Shown: positions 38,091 to 49,700, numbered from the stretch's first letter. The stretch is DNA of 64,000 nt from Polyangiales bacterium (GCA_038231275.1 JBBRLQ010000032.1:21042-85041), one strand, 5' to 3'. Notes: a model not told the origin generated them from the letters alone. Translations and numbers: made by a program.

Positions 38091-39914
38091 TCAACGAGTC
38101 GTGGCGATCCACGCCGCGACGTTCTCCTCGAGGACATCGAGCGGAACGGCGCCGGCGCCGAGCACCACGTCGTGGAAGGCGCGTAGGTCGAACCTCTCGC
38201 CTAGCTTCTCGGTGGCCTCGGCGCGGAGCGCTCGGATCTTCAGCTGGCCGACCTTGTACGCGAGCGCCTGTCCCGGCCATGCGATGTAGCGATCGACTTC
38301 GTTGACGACATCCAGCTCCTGTCGCGGGGAGTTGTCGAGGAAGTAGTCGATCGCGCGCTTGCGGTCCCACTTCTGGGCGTGCATGCCGGTGTCGATCACG
38401 AGGCGCACCGCGCGCCACATCTCGTAGGCGAGCTGTCCGAACTTGGCGTACGGATCGTCGTAGAGCCCCATCTCGTCGCCGAGCGACTCGGAGTAGAGCG
38501 CCCACCCCTCGACGAAGGCGGTGAACTGGGCGTGGCGCCGGAACCGCGGCAGATCCTTCTGCTCCATCGCGAGTGCGATCTGGAGGTGGTGCCCGGGGAC
38601 AGCCTCGTGCATGGTGAGGGCCATCATCTCCCACGTGGGCCGCGCTTCCGGCTTCCACAGGTTGACCATGTACGTACCTGCGCGTGAGCCGTCGGCGGCC
38701 CCGGGTCGGTAGTAGGCGGTGGTCTGATCAGGCGCGGCGATGGCGGGGATTGGCTCGACTCCGTACGGCTGGCGCGGGAGCGTCCGGAACACCTTCACCA
38801 GGTTGGGGTCGATGCGCTTGGACGTGACGACGTAGGCGCGGAAGAGTTCCTCGGGAGTCTTGCAGTAAAAGCGCGGATCCTTCCGTAGGAACGTGAAAAA
38901 CGCTTTCAGCGAGCCTCTGAACCCCGTCGTCTCCTTCACGCGCTCCATCTCCGCGCGGATGCGCGCCACCTCGGAGAGCCCGAGCTCGTGGATCTCCTTT
39001 GGCGTGAGGCGCGTCGTAGTGTGGTGCCGCGCGAGGAACGCATACGCATCGTCGCCGCGAGGAAGCTGCCACGCGCCGACCTCCTTCGTGCACGCGGGTA
39101 GGTACTCGCTCGTGAGGAACGCCTCGAGTCGCTTCAGAGCAGGGAGCACCGTGTCCTCGACGCGGGCGCGCGCGGCCTTCTGGAGGCGCTCGCGCTCGGC
39201 AGCGGGAATGCTGGCCGGCATGCGCGTGAACGGCGCGTAGAAGGCGCTCTTCGTCGGGTTCTGAACCTGCCCAGCGCGCAGGCGCGAAGGAAGACGCTCC
39301 ATGATGACGCGCGGGTGGACGACCTTCTGGCGGATGCCCTCGCGCATCACCTCGATCGTGCGATCCGCGTACGTCCCGTACGCTCCCAGCCGCTCCAGCC
39401 AGTCCTCGAAGTCTTTCACCGTCGTGAAGCGCAGCTCGTCGGCGAGCTCGTCGGCGGTCTGGATGCCCTCCATCTGGCTCATCGGAAGGAGGTGGCGCAG
39501 AAACACGAAGCCCTCGTGCGCGTCGTCGTAGCCGCGGCGAAAAAGGGTCAGGTTGAGCCGGTCCGCAGGGGAGAGACCGAGCTTGGCGAGCCGATCCAGC
39601 GCCGCGAGCACCTCTTCGTCGTGCGCGTGGCGTCGCGCGATTGCGGCGAGGGATGGGTCCGGCCAGCGGTCATTGTACCGGAGGTCACCGAGTCGCGAGG
39701 CCCACTCAGGGTCTTCGCGCATCCACGTATCCCACTCGGAGTCCAGGAGCGCGGCGAGCTCCGCGTTGGGGCTCGGCGTCGGCGTCGAGGCCGAGGCGGG
39801 TGCGGTCGACCGTGGTGCGCCAACCAACGGCGCGGCTGCCGGCGATGTGGCCGCCGGTGGCGGTGCACAGGCGACGAGGGCGGCGGCGAGGACTATCGAG
39901 ACGTGGGCGCGCAT
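38091..39914 (-). CDS. DUF885 family lipoprotein (second paralog)
   Basis: Lipobox LVAC; HEAVPGHHLQ, FVEGWALYSE and PGQALAYKVG motifs. Confidence 0.93.
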   Translation of the reverse strand: MRAHVSIVLAAALVACAPPPAATSPAAAPLVGAPRSTAPASASTPTPSPNAELAALLDSEWDTWMREDPEWASRLGDLRYNDRWPDPSLAAIARRHAHDEEVLAALDRLAKLGLSPADRLNLTLFRRGYDDAHEGFVFLRHLLPMSQMEGIQTADELADELRFTTVKDFEDWLERLGAYGTYADRTIEVMREGIRQKVVHPRVIMERLPSRLRAGQVQNPTKSAFYAPFTRMPASIPAAERERLQKAARARVEDTVLPALKRLEAFLTSEYLPACTKEVGAWQLPRGDDAYAFLARHHTTTRLTPKEIHELGLSEVARIRAEMERVKETTGFRGSLKAFFTFLRKDPRFYCKTPEELFRAYVVTSKRIDPNLVKVFRTLPRQPYGVEPIPAIAAPDQTTAYYRPGAADGSRAGTYMVNLWKPEARPTWEMMALTMHEAVPGHHLQIALAMEQKDLPRFRRHAQFTAFVEGWALYSESLGDEMGLYDDPYAKFGQLAYEMWRAVRLVIDTGMHAQKWDRKRAIDYFLDNSPRQELDVVNEVDRYIAWPGQALAYKVGQLKIRALRAEATEKLGERFDLRAFHDVVLGAGAVPLDVLEENVAAWIATTR

Positions 39915-40002
39915 CGACGCAGACTGTACCTGAGGAGAAATGAGCGGCGGGCGGTGCTTTTTTCGTGCGACCTGCGCGCCGCCGAGGGCTCTTCACGACG
40001 AA

Positions 40003-40704
40003 ATGAACCCGAACCCCGCCACGAGTGCCGCCGTGTTCCTCCCCGCTTTCGCCGTCGCCCTCGCGTCGACCGGGTGCGCGTCCGTAGCGTTCAAGCCCGG
40101 CGTCCAGACGATCGGCGAGTACAAGAACACCGCGAAGGTCGCGGCGGCGGCCGAAGACATGAAGCCCCACGAAGGAGAGCACGTGAAGGTCCTCATCGAG
40201 GCGGTCCCGGAGGGAATGGCCATCAAGGCCGGCCAGCTCCTGTTCGACCACGAGCGGTACGATCTCCTCGGCAAAGTCACCGCCGACTACAAGAACCCCG
40301 GCGGCGTGAACATGGGGGTCTGGGTCTACGACTACAAGGAGGGCGAGACGTGGCGAACCGGCCTCTGCGCGTGGCAGGTGCCGCTGTCCTGGGTGACGCT
40401 GACGATGTGGTCATGGCTCTCGCCCACGTACTATCCGTGCCGCGTCACCGCCGGCAGCGAGGAGGATCGTCGGCAGGAAATCGTCGCGACGCTGCAGCGC
40501 ACGACGAAGGCGCTCGGCGGCGATCTCGTCATCGTCGCCGGCTTCGGCGGCGTCGACTTCGTCACGGTCAACGGGCACACCGGCGTCGTAGTTGCGTCGA
40601 GCAGCGTCGGGACGCTCTCCGGCCTCGGCTACGCGTTTCGGGTGAAAGGCGCCGCGCCAGCCCCCGCGAAGGCGACGCCGGCCAAGGGCTCGACGAGCAT
40701 TTGA
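40003..40704 (+). CDS. Lipoprotein of unknown function
   Basis: Hydrophobic N-terminus with STGC; GC3-biased frame. Confidence 0.7.
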   Translation: MNPNPATSAAVFLPAFAVALASTGCASVAFKPGVQTIGEYKNTAKVAAAAEDMKPHEGEHVKVLIEAVPEGMAIKAGQLLFDHERYDLLGKVTADYKNPGGVNMGVWVYDYKEGETWRTGLCAWQVPLSWVTLTMWSWLSPTYYPCRVTAGSEEDRRQEIVATLQRTTKALGGDLVIVAGFGGVDFVTVNGHTGVVVASSSVGTLSGLGYAFRVKGAAPAPAKATPAKGSTSI

Positions 40705-41256
40705 AGCCGGTCACCCTTTCGGGTGACATCGCGCGACAATGTGGGGCCGCTCCTCGCCATTCGCACGGTCGCGAGCCCGCCGCCACGCATCGCGGGGGGG
40801 CCGATCCTCAATCGAAGTGTAAGGCTGGCCTGTTCGCCACGACCGGCAGCGTGCTCCGGATGACGGACACTGCGACGAACACGATCCAGAACCTCGAATA
40901 CAGCACGACGCCGGACGGCCTCGCCGTCTTCATGCGATCTGGCGAGGGCGCCGTCGACGAGGAGCTTCGTCAGCCGTACTACGTCGTATGGAACTCCAAG
41001 CGCCGGTGAAAGGTGCGCCGACGCGCGCGGAGCTGGAACGATCCTGCTCGCGCGGGTCCAGCTCGACGTGGCCCGCGTAGAGGCGCGTGACGCTCACGAA
41101 CCACGTCGCGAGGCGGCGCGAGGGAGCCCGCGTATCCCGCGATCGGACTGGATCGACGAGACGCCACTCCAGGAGCTGGTTTCGCGAGCTTACAGCCGAA
41201 ATTATCGCCTCCAGTCCGCTCAACCACCAGGTACGCGTGTTGCTTACATGTCAGCC

Positions 41257-42270
41257 ATGCAACGAATCCGAGTCCTGTTCGCCGCGGCGGCGATGGTTTG
41301 CGTTCACTGTTCGGCGCCACCGGACGCGGGGACGACGAGCGACGATCAGAATCAGACGGGCGGCAAGGCGTCGCGCAGCTGGGGCTCGCATCCGGCGATC
41401 GTGGAGATCGATCAGGCCGACGAGATCTACGCCGTCAGCGACGCGCACGGTGAGTACGACGTCTTCGTGAAGCTGCTCGCGGGGAACAAGCTCATCGACT
41501 CGGCGAGCTCCGATCCCACGAAGGTGAAGTGGACGGCCGGCGCGGCGATCCTCGTCATTGCCGGCGACATGATCGACAAGGGACCGGAGTCGCTCAAGGT
41601 CATCGATCTCGTCCGGACGCTGGAGGCGAGCGCGGCGCACAGCGGCGGACGCGTCGTGGCGACGATGGGCAACCACGAGGCCGAGTTCCTCCTCGATCCG
41701 GGAAACCAAAAGGCGACCTCTACCGGCCAAGACGCAACCGGCATCGACACCAACCTCAAGGCCGCCCACATCGATCCGAAGTCGCTCGTGAAGGGCACCG
41801 ACGCGGGCGGGCGCGGGAAGTGGATGACGGACCTGCCCTTCGGCGTGCGCATCAAGAAGTGGTTCTTCTCGCACGGCGGCAACACGCAGAAGATGTCGAT
41901 CAAGGATCTCGAAAAGAAGCTCGAGAACGGGCTCGACCACAACGGCTTCGGCGACAACGACATCACCGGCAACGACTCGATCCTCGAGGCGCAGAGTTGG
42001 TACGGCAACCCCGACGACAACAACGCGGGCCAGAAAGAGGCCGACGCGCTGGGCGTGAGTCACATCGTCTTCGGCCATGATCCGGGCGCGTTTGGCGAGC
42101 ACGGGAGCGTGCGCGCGTCGAAGAACGGCGTGCTCTTCAAGATCGACACGGCGATGGGCATCCACGAATCGAGCGGCGTCGGCAATGGGTACCTCCTGCA
42201 CATCACGACGCGGGGGCAAGACTCGGCCGAGGTGTTGGACGACAAGGGGAACGGGAAGAAGCTCCTCTAA
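41257..42270 (+). CDS. Exported metallophosphoesterase (Shewanella-like PPP phosphatase)
   Basis: SDAHG, GDMIDKG, GNHE, HGG, GHDP and IDTAMG motifs; signal or lipoprotein N-terminus. Confidence 0.87.
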   Translation: MQRIRVLFAAAAMVCVHCSAPPDAGTTSDDQNQTGGKASRSWGSHPAIVEIDQADEIYAVSDAHGEYDVFVKLLAGNKLIDSASSDPTKVKWTAGAAILVIAGDMIDKGPESLKVIDLVRTLEASAAHSGGRVVATMGNHEAEFLLDPGNQKATSTGQDATGIDTNLKAAHIDPKSLVKGTDAGGRGKWMTDLPFGVRIKKWFFSHGGNTQKMSIKDLEKKLENGLDHNGFGDNDITGNDSILEAQSWYGNPDDNNAGQKEADALGVSHIVFGHDPGAFGEHGSVRASKNGVLFKIDTAMGIHESSGVGNGYLLHITTRGQDSAEVLDDKGNGKKLL

Positions 42271-42372
42271 CGTCGAGAGTCCGTTGAGGTGAACGAGACG
42301 CTCACGCCGAGGGGCCCTTTGATGTAGGGTGCACGCTCGAGTTCGGGGAAATTTCGCGGAAGAGGCGCACCC

Positions 42373-44250
42373 ATGAAGAGCTCGTTGGTCCGGTCAAGTT
42401 GCGGCGCGATCGTATTCGCATCGGCGGTGGTTGGTTGCGGTAGCGCGCCGGTCTCGGACACCTCCGAGAGCACGTCGAAGGAGCAGGAGGCCTTGAGCTC
42501 TGATCCCGGCGCGCTGATCAAGATGGAGATGCAGTCGACCGTGGGAGTCCTGCTCGACGAGATCCCCGCGGGACCGCAGCGCGAAGCAGCCGCGAACCAG
42601 GCGCTCGCGCGAGGACGCCAGTTCTGGATCGATCGCGCCCTCCGCCAGGTGAAGCTCAGCGCGTACCGGCTCGTCTTCCGCGGCGACTACTACGCCAAGA
42701 GCAAGGGCCCCCTGCCGCTCACCCCCATCTCGACCTGGACGATCGACCCCGTCGGGAGTGCGCACCGCGTCACGACTCCGAAGCACGACACGATCGTGAT
42801 CGACTACACCTTCGAATCGCACATCCTCGCCGATAGCGCTTCTCCGGCCGTGGTCGAACCGAGGCTCGGAAAGATCGGAGCCACCTGGCAAGAGGATCTC
42901 GTGTTCCCGAACGACCCGGAGCTGATCCTCGAGCGCACCGGGTACGCGTGCATGGACGAAGCGGAGTTCCCCCCGTTCAGCGTCTTCGAGGAGAACGCCG
43001 CGTCGTTCTACGATCAGACGTGCGCCGTCGAGACGCCTGCGACTTCGAGCTGTCACGTCACCCAGTTTCCTGCCGAGTCGTGCATCGACGCGCTCCGCAG
43101 CAAGGTCGGTCTCGTGAGGACCAACATGGTCTTCACGCGCGTGCCCTGGAGCGCGAGCCTCGCCAATCAGGTGCGCGTCGGCACAATTACCAACCACAAC
43201 GGCGTGGACGTCAACGTCGTCCTGCCCGACCTCGTCGAAGAGAACCGGTTCATCTTCCGGTATTTCACCGCCGACTCGTGCGAGGTCGCCGAGGGGGCCA
43301 TCGACCACGCGGGCTGGCGAAAGTTGCTGACGTTCTCCGCGTCGGTGCGAAACGACGGCACGAGGTCACTGGATCTCGGCGACGTCACGGACCCGAACAA
43401 CCCGTACGTGAAGAGCCATGTCTTCGAGTTCAGTCAGTGCCACGGCCACAACCACTTCTCGCACTACGGCAACTTCCTCTACAACGGCGCGCCGGGAACG
43501 AAGCGCGCGTTCTGCCTGGAGGACACGAGCCGCTACCACAACGACGAGGTCACGAGCCTGGCCCCCGAGCACCAGAGCTGCGTGACCCAGGGCATGACGC
43601 GCGGCTGGGGTGACGAGTATCAGTTCGGGTTGCCGGGCCAATGGGTCGACGTCACGGACGTCGACTCGACAGACCCGCACGCGCTCACCTTCGACGCGAA
43701 TGCCGATCACTTTCTCTGCGAGGGCGTCCCGGTCCTGAGCTCCACCGGCGAGCCGATCTTCGACCCGACCAGCTTCGTCAGCGAGGCCGGCTTCCCGGTG
43801 AGTCGTGTTCGCTGCAACATGCCGGCGAACTGGCATGCCGGGAACGTCGGAACGACGACGGCCAGCATCGCGGCCGACGGCAGCTTCGTGACCGAGGCGT
43901 GCAAGCGTGGGCAGGAAGGCCCCCTCCGCAGCTGCGGATTCAAGGCCAGGACCCAACAGCACTCCTGCGTCGCGGGAACCGCCGTCACGCTCACGTGCAG
44001 GTCGCCCGGCGCCCCGCAGGTGCTCCGGGTCTGCGAGCGAAGCGAGAAGCTGGGCGTCGGCGCGGCCTGTACCGTCGGCGACTCGGTTGCGAACGTCCTC
44101 GTCGACCCGACCGAAACGACCATCCGCTTCACGTGCCCCGCCGTGCGTGACGCCGCCAACCCCACGACGGGTGGCTACGCGACCTACGATGCGCCCGTCA
44201 ACGCCGGGGGCACGCACGCGAAGCCCACCTGCACCGGCGGCGATTGGTGA
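42373..44250 (+). CDS. Lysyl oxidase family lipoprotein
   Basis: Lipobox VVGC; CHGHNHF Cu-binding His cluster; KRAFCLEDT; GWGDEYQFGLPGQWVDVT. Confidence 0.85.
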   Translation: MKSSLVRSSCGAIVFASAVVGCGSAPVSDTSESTSKEQEALSSDPGALIKMEMQSTVGVLLDEIPAGPQREAAANQALARGRQFWIDRALRQVKLSAYRLVFRGDYYAKSKGPLPLTPISTWTIDPVGSAHRVTTPKHDTIVIDYTFESHILADSASPAVVEPRLGKIGATWQEDLVFPNDPELILERTGYACMDEAEFPPFSVFEENAASFYDQTCAVETPATSSCHVTQFPAESCIDALRSKVGLVRTNMVFTRVPWSASLANQVRVGTITNHNGVDVNVVLPDLVEENRFIFRYFTADSCEVAEGAIDHAGWRKLLTFSASVRNDGTRSLDLGDVTDPNNPYVKSHVFEFSQCHGHNHFSHYGNFLYNGAPGTKRAFCLEDTSRYHNDEVTSLAPEHQSCVTQGMTRGWGDEYQFGLPGQWVDVTDVDSTDPHALTFDANADHFLCEGVPVLSSTGEPIFDPTSFVSEAGFPVSRVRCNMPANWHAGNVGTTTASIAADGSFVTEACKRGQEGPLRSCGFKARTQQHSCVAGTAVTLTCRSPGAPQVLRVCERSEKLGVGAACTVGDSVANVLVDPTETTIRFTCPAVRDAANPTTGGYATYDAPVNAGGTHAKPTCTGGDW

Positions 44251-44310
44251 GCCCTCACGGCTCACGCGTCACGAACGACAAAGCCGTCGTCCTTGGGGGC
44301 GGCGGCTCGG

Positions 44311-44397
44311 CGGAGAGAAAGGGATTCGAACCCTTGGTAGGCTTGCACCTACACATGATTTCCAATCATGCACCTTCGACCACTCGGTCACCTCTCC
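44311..44397 (-). tRNA. tRNA-Ser (GGA)
   Basis: GGAGAGGTGACCGAGTGGTCGAAGG...CATGA-TTGGAAA-TCATG, long variable arm, GGTTCGAATCC T-arm; CCA not fully encoded. Confidence 0.96.
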
Positions 44398-44442
44398 AAA
44401 GCCCGCCCGTCTTAGCACGGCCGCGGGGCTCCGCGACACTGC

Positions 44443-46728
44443 TCAGCGACCCCACGCCTTGAGCGAGGCGGCTGCCGCGGCGTCGAGCGTGGGGACCTCG
44501 CGCGGGGGGCGCGCGGGGAGCTTTTCGAGGGCGTCCCACACCTCGCGCTGCATCGCCTCGGTCGCGAGGGGGTGCGTCGCGCGCACGTCGGTCGTGCACA
44601 CGGGCTCGAGTGAGAGGTTGCACAGCTTCGGATCTTTGCCTGGCGCTCCGCTCAAGATGAACGTGCCCCACGCGAGCGATGTGCGCTCGCCGAGCGTGGC
44701 GAGGAGCGGCCGCGCGTCGCCTTCGCCGCGCGGCGCGCGCAACAAATCGACGCCTTGGAACCCGCTCGGCGCCGCGAGGCCCAACGCGCCGAGCATCGTG
44801 CGCGCCACGTCCAGCCCCGACGTCGGCGCGGCCCGGTGGGTGCCGGCGCCCGTGACGGCTCTCGCCTCAGCGACCGGGCGCACGACGAGCGGCACCCGGA
44901 GCGGCGCTTCGTCGAGGGTCTCGCCGTCGCCGAACGGGACATGCGCCCCTTCGTCCACCGAAACGTCGCTCGTCACGATCACCGTCGTGTCGGCGTCGCG
45001 CCCCGACGCGCGGAGCTGCGCCATGATGCGTCCGAGCGCGGCGTCGTGCGCTTGCAGCGCGTTGTCGTAGAGGGCCCAGGTCCTCGCGCGATCTTGCTCG
45101 CCGAACCGGAGCACCGGTGGAACGCGGCGCGCCTTGGCGAGGAGCTCGGCGGCGTGCCGAGGATCGATGTTGCCGGTATAGCCCTGCGGCATCATCGTCT
45201 TCAGCTCGTCGCCGGTCGCGTCCCACGGCGGGTGTCCCCCGCGCGCGTGCACGACGAGGAGAAACCGCTCGGATTTGTGCGCCTCGAGCCACGCGACGGC
45301 GCGATCGAACACCTCGAGCGCGCTGCTGTCGCCTTCGGGCGGATGCATCTCGAACGTCTCCCACGCGCGATCGAAGCCGAACGCGGCGCCGGTGAGCGGG
45401 TTCGCCGTCACCATCGCCGCGACGACCCCGCCTTCGCGCGCCGCGTCCGCGATGGTCGTCACGGTCGCCGCGAGCTTGCGGTCGTAGTCGGAGACGCCGT
45501 GCGCGAGCGCTTCTACTCCCGTCAGCATCGACGCCATCGAGCCCGAAGGCACGGTCGTCGTCGCGCGCTGCGCATCGAACGTGACGGCGCTCGTCGCGAG
45601 GGCCGCGAGCTCGGGCAGCGCGCGCGTGCCGCCGTAGAGAGCGAGACCGCGCGGCGACACGGCGCCGAGCACGACGAGCACCACGCCGCGCCCCGACGGG
45701 ATCACCTTGACTGGCGCCGCCACGGGTGCCGCGCCGAGCACGCGCGGGTCGGCGAAGAGGATGCGGCCGCCCTTCGTCACGCTCTTGGCGACGAGCGCGA
45801 GCGCCGAGAGGGCTCCTTTTCCGCCGAGGTCGCCGACGGGGAAGCGAACCGTCTTCCACGCGTTCGCGTCCTGTGGCCCGAGGCGGACGGTCCCCAACGT
45901 CGTTGGCGTCATCCGATCGCGAAAGAGCTTCACCTCGAGCTCGCCGTCGGTGGCGCCGGCCAGCGCGACGCTCGCCTCGACCTGGCCGCTGCTCGGCACC
46001 ACGCCCGTGCACCGCGCGTACCCCGGGGCGCGTAGCGAGAGGGCGCGCTTGGGCACTGCGCCGACCGTGGCGCTCACGATCGCGCTCTGCCGCGTCGGCG
46101 CCGCGTAGGCTCCATCGGTCGGCGGCAGGCCGACGTGGATCCAGTCGATCTCGGCGACCTCGTCGGTGCTCCCGCGCGCAGTCCCGTTGAAGTGGAGCAC
46201 GAGCTCGTTGGTCCCTTGGGCCAGCGCACCGGCCTCGGCGTGCACCGTCTCGGTCTTCACCTCGCCCTTGGTCAGCGGCATCGTCCCGACGGGCTTCTCG
46301 TTCAGGTGGACCGTGACGCTGCGCGCGCTGCCGCCGCGGAGGCGCGCGATGATCACCGCGTCCTTGGTCGCATCGGGGAGCCAGTCGACGACGAAGGACA
46401 CGGTCAGGCTCTTGGTCGTGACGCGCGCCCACGTGGCGCCGTCGCGCTCGACCGTCTCCGGCGCGGCGCTGCGCGCGCGTGATCCGTAGCTCGCGCGGGC
46501 GGTGCGATCGCCGAGGTCGATGAGCGGTCCGAAATGCCCGAGCGCGCAGTCGTCGAACCCCGCGAGCAGATCCATCGCGGCCAGCGGCGCAGCGTCGGAC
46601 GGGGGAGGCGTCTCGGCGTTCGTCGCGGTCGGCGCGCCGCCCTTCGTCGGGTCGGCCTTCTTGGGGCAACCCGCAGAGGCGACCGCGCACGCGAGCGCGA
46701 GCGCGACGAGCGCTCTCTCTGGTTTCAC
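44443..46728 (-). CDS. Sulfatase/alkaline-phosphatase superfamily lipoprotein, apparently degenerate active site
   Basis: Lipobox SAGC; SMASMLTG, HPPW, YDNAL..HD, VIVTSD and LRVPLVV motifs; expected metal ligands altered. Confidence 0.78.
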   Translation of the reverse strand: MKPERALVALALACAVASAGCPKKADPTKGGAPTATNAETPPPSDAAPLAAMDLLAGFDDCALGHFGPLIDLGDRTARASYGSRARSAAPETVERDGATWARVTTKSLTVSFVVDWLPDATKDAVIIARLRGGSARSVTVHLNEKPVGTMPLTKGEVKTETVHAEAGALAQGTNELVLHFNGTARGSTDEVAEIDWIHVGLPPTDGAYAAPTRQSAIVSATVGAVPKRALSLRAPGYARCTGVVPSSGQVEASVALAGATDGELEVKLFRDRMTPTTLGTVRLGPQDANAWKTVRFPVGDLGGKGALSALALVAKSVTKGGRILFADPRVLGAAPVAAPVKVIPSGRGVVLVVLGAVSPRGLALYGGTRALPELAALATSAVTFDAQRATTTVPSGSMASMLTGVEALAHGVSDYDRKLAATVTTIADAAREGGVVAAMVTANPLTGAAFGFDRAWETFEMHPPEGDSSALEVFDRAVAWLEAHKSERFLLVVHARGGHPPWDATGDELKTMMPQGYTGNIDPRHAAELLAKARRVPPVLRFGEQDRARTWALYDNALQAHDAALGRIMAQLRASGRDADTTVIVTSDVSVDEGAHVPFGDGETLDEAPLRVPLVVRPVAEARAVTGAGTHRAAPTSGLDVARTMLGALGLAAPSGFQGVDLLRAPRGEGDARPLLATLGERTSLAWGTFILSGAPGKDPKLCNLSLEPVCTTDVRATHPLATEAMQREVWDALEKLPARPPREVPTLDAAAAASLKAWGR

Positions 46729-49700
46729 GGCGTCTCGGGCAACTCGAGCTTCGTCGCGCGTCCGGCGCGCACCTCGAGCGAGCGCGGGCGATCGGCGCCG
46801 CCGAGCAGGACGTCGTGGCTGCCGGCCTTCAGCGTGAGGGCGAGCTTCGGCCCACGACCGCGCGGCACGCCGTCGACCTTGATCGGCGCCTCCTCCGGCA
46901 TCGCGACGATAAGCATTCCTTCGCCCGCCGCGAGGACCGCGCCCGCCGGCGGATCGACGAAGACCGGCTCGATCGCGCGCGGCGGGAGCGCCGTCGCGTT
47001 CGTGACCGTCGGCGCGTGACCGCTCACAGGCTCGGGCGGCGCGACCGACCGCGTCTGTAGGGCAGCCCACACGATGACCGCCGCGCCCGCCGCGACCGCT
47101 ACGTACGTCCACCGCTTCGTGCGATGAACGGGCAGCGCCGACTCTGCGACCACCGACGAGAGCGGCGTCCGCTCGCTGCGCTCGATCGCCGGTTTTTCGG
47201 CCGGATCGGCGACGTGCTCGTCGTCCATCTCCTCCGATGCCTCTTCCGACACGGCTTGCGCGATCGGTGCGACGCGCTCCGGCTGGGACGTCTCGACGAG
47301 GACGGGGATCGACATCTCCCGCGCTTCGACCGCGGTGTGCTCGACGTCGGTCTGGTCCGCGATCTCGGCGAGGGTCAAGCGCGCCTTGAACGGCGGCGCC
47401 TCTTCGGGGACGACGTCGCCGACCATGTCCGTCGGTGGGTTGGAGCGCGGCTTCAGGTTCGCTGGCTCCACCAGCGGCGGCGGGCTCGACGACACGGGTC
47501 GCGAAGCGCCCGGCTCCGGCGAACGGTGGCTGATCTCACGCATCACCGCGTCGGCGAGGGAGGACGGACCGCGGGACGGGTTGGAAGGCGTCTGCGTCGG
47601 CGTCGCGGCCTTCGGTGCGTCGGAGACCGCGCCGGGCCGCGTCGATCGCGTCGCGCCGACAGGAGGAGAGGGCGCGGGCTCGTGGCTCCCCATGACCGCA
47701 CGCGCGCGCTCGACTGCGGGCGAGAGCATATCGACGCCGTCGGTGCCGACGACGCCGACCACCGCGCCGCGGGCCGCGAGATCGGACAGGACGTCCTCGA
47801 GGAGCGACGGATCGGTCGCGCCGCCGAGGAGGATCGCGCGCGGCGAGGCCCCTTCGGCGAGCCGCTCGATGAGATCGCGCGCGGCGCCTGGCGTGGCGCG
47901 AAGGTACGCCTCAACGACGGCCTCGTCGAAGAGGACGCGCTCGACGGTCACGACGCGCGCACCCGTCGTCGCGTGCGCGGCTCCGCGGGCGAGGGCGATC
48001 GCGGGCGCGAGCTGCTCGGCGAGCGCGCCGCGCAAGTCTCCCGTGATCGTCGCGTCGCTGTCGGCGAGGGTGAAGCGTCCGGCGCTGATCCCCAACATCG
48101 CCGTGAGCACCGACGGACCGCGCTGGAACCCGCCGTCGCCTGCCGTGCGGGTCACGCGCTTGGGCGCGCCGTGGCGGATTTCGACCTCGTAGAGGAACGT
48201 CGCGTCACGCACGCTGAGCCGTGAAAATGGCCGGATCGCGCACACGAGCGTGAGGAGCGAGGTGACCGTGAGCCCGTCGAGCCGGCCGCGCACCTCGCCG
48301 TTCGACTTGATGCGCGCCTCGACGCGCGCGCGCGGGCGGAGGACCTCGCGGACGCGCGCGACGATGGCGCGCGAGTCGCTCTCTTTGCGAAGGTACGCCG
48401 CGGCGCTGGCGCCGAGCTCGCGGACGCGCTGGAGGAGATCCTCCTTCCACGAGAGGAGGATGACCGGCGTGTCGCGCAGCGCGAGATCGCGCTTGAGCGC
48501 GCGGCAGAGGGCGAAGCCGTCGAGCCCCGGCATGAGGATGTCGCTCACGACGAGCTCCGGCGAGTGCTGGTGGCAAAGCTCCAGCGCGCGTGCGCCGTCG
48601 AGCGCCTCGAACACCTGGCAGCCCGCCGTGCGCAGCAAATCCGCGATGAACCACGTGACGCCCGGATCGTCGTCGACCACGACCACCTTGCGTCCCGTCA
48701 AGCGAACGTCCGCCGCCGGTCCACGCACGCGCGCCGCCGCGCGATCGCCGCGCGCCACGTCGCTCGACAAGACGGGGGCGAGCGCGATCGATCCCTCGGG
48801 GCCCTTGCCGAAGCGCACGGCGCCGTCGGTGCGGCTGGTGACCACCTCACGCACGCGCGCGATGGCGCCCCAGATCGCGCCGAGGACCTCGGTCCCTTCG
48901 CCGAGCGGCACGCGCACGGTGCGTCCTGCGCGATCGACGCTGTCGACCAGCGCCTGACGGACCTCGTTCGCGAGCCGATCGCCGAGCTGTTCGAGGGTAG
49001 GCTCGCCGAGCGAGACGCGCACGGTTCGGCCTTCACGCGAGGCGATCGCCTCGTCGCACGTCGCGCGAAGCGACTCCGGCGAAATCGGCTTCGGGATCGT
49101 GCGCGTCACGCCGAGCGCGACAAAGCGCGCCGCCTGCTCGGACGCCGCGAAGGTTCCGATGACGAGGATGGGGACCGACTCGGTGAGCGGATCGTCGAGG
49201 AGCGTCTCGACGAGCTCGAGCGCGGCGGGGACGTCGGCGTCCACCACCACCACGTCGGGCGCCAGCGACCGCGCGAGGCCGATCGCCGCTTGTACGTGCT
49301 CGGTGCGCTCGCACTCGAAGGTCGCGCCGTCGTACGCCTCGTCGGTGAGCGCCTCGGCGATCATCTCGCTGCCGAAGAGCACGCACGAGCGCGTGAGCGC
49401 CGGGAACGAGGCCACGGACGCCGGCGATTCCTGCATCGGGGCCGCCGAAGCCGCCGCGACCTTGGGGACGCTCGTGTCCTTGGGCGTCTCGCCCCACGCG
49501 AGCGCCGGGAGATCGTCGAGCACCTGCGCGAGCTCCGCGACGTCCGCGGCGCCGATGACGCCGGCCTTCGACACGCGCTCGAGGAGCCCGTCCGCCTCCG
49601 CGAGCGTCCGCGCCATCACGTCGAGGTGCATCATCTTGGCGGACACGCCCAGCGCGTGCAGGCGCCGCCGTAGCTCCTCGCGCGGCTCGGGATCCGCAGC

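Noticed and set aside
40780..41009. Short coding-like stretch (MTDTATNTIQNLEY...)
   Set aside because: No clear RBS or motif; may be a gene remnant, and the support is too weak to call.
44311..44397. tRNA-Ser as the attachment site of a genomic island
   Set aside because: No integrase and no duplicated tRNA 3' end seen in the window.
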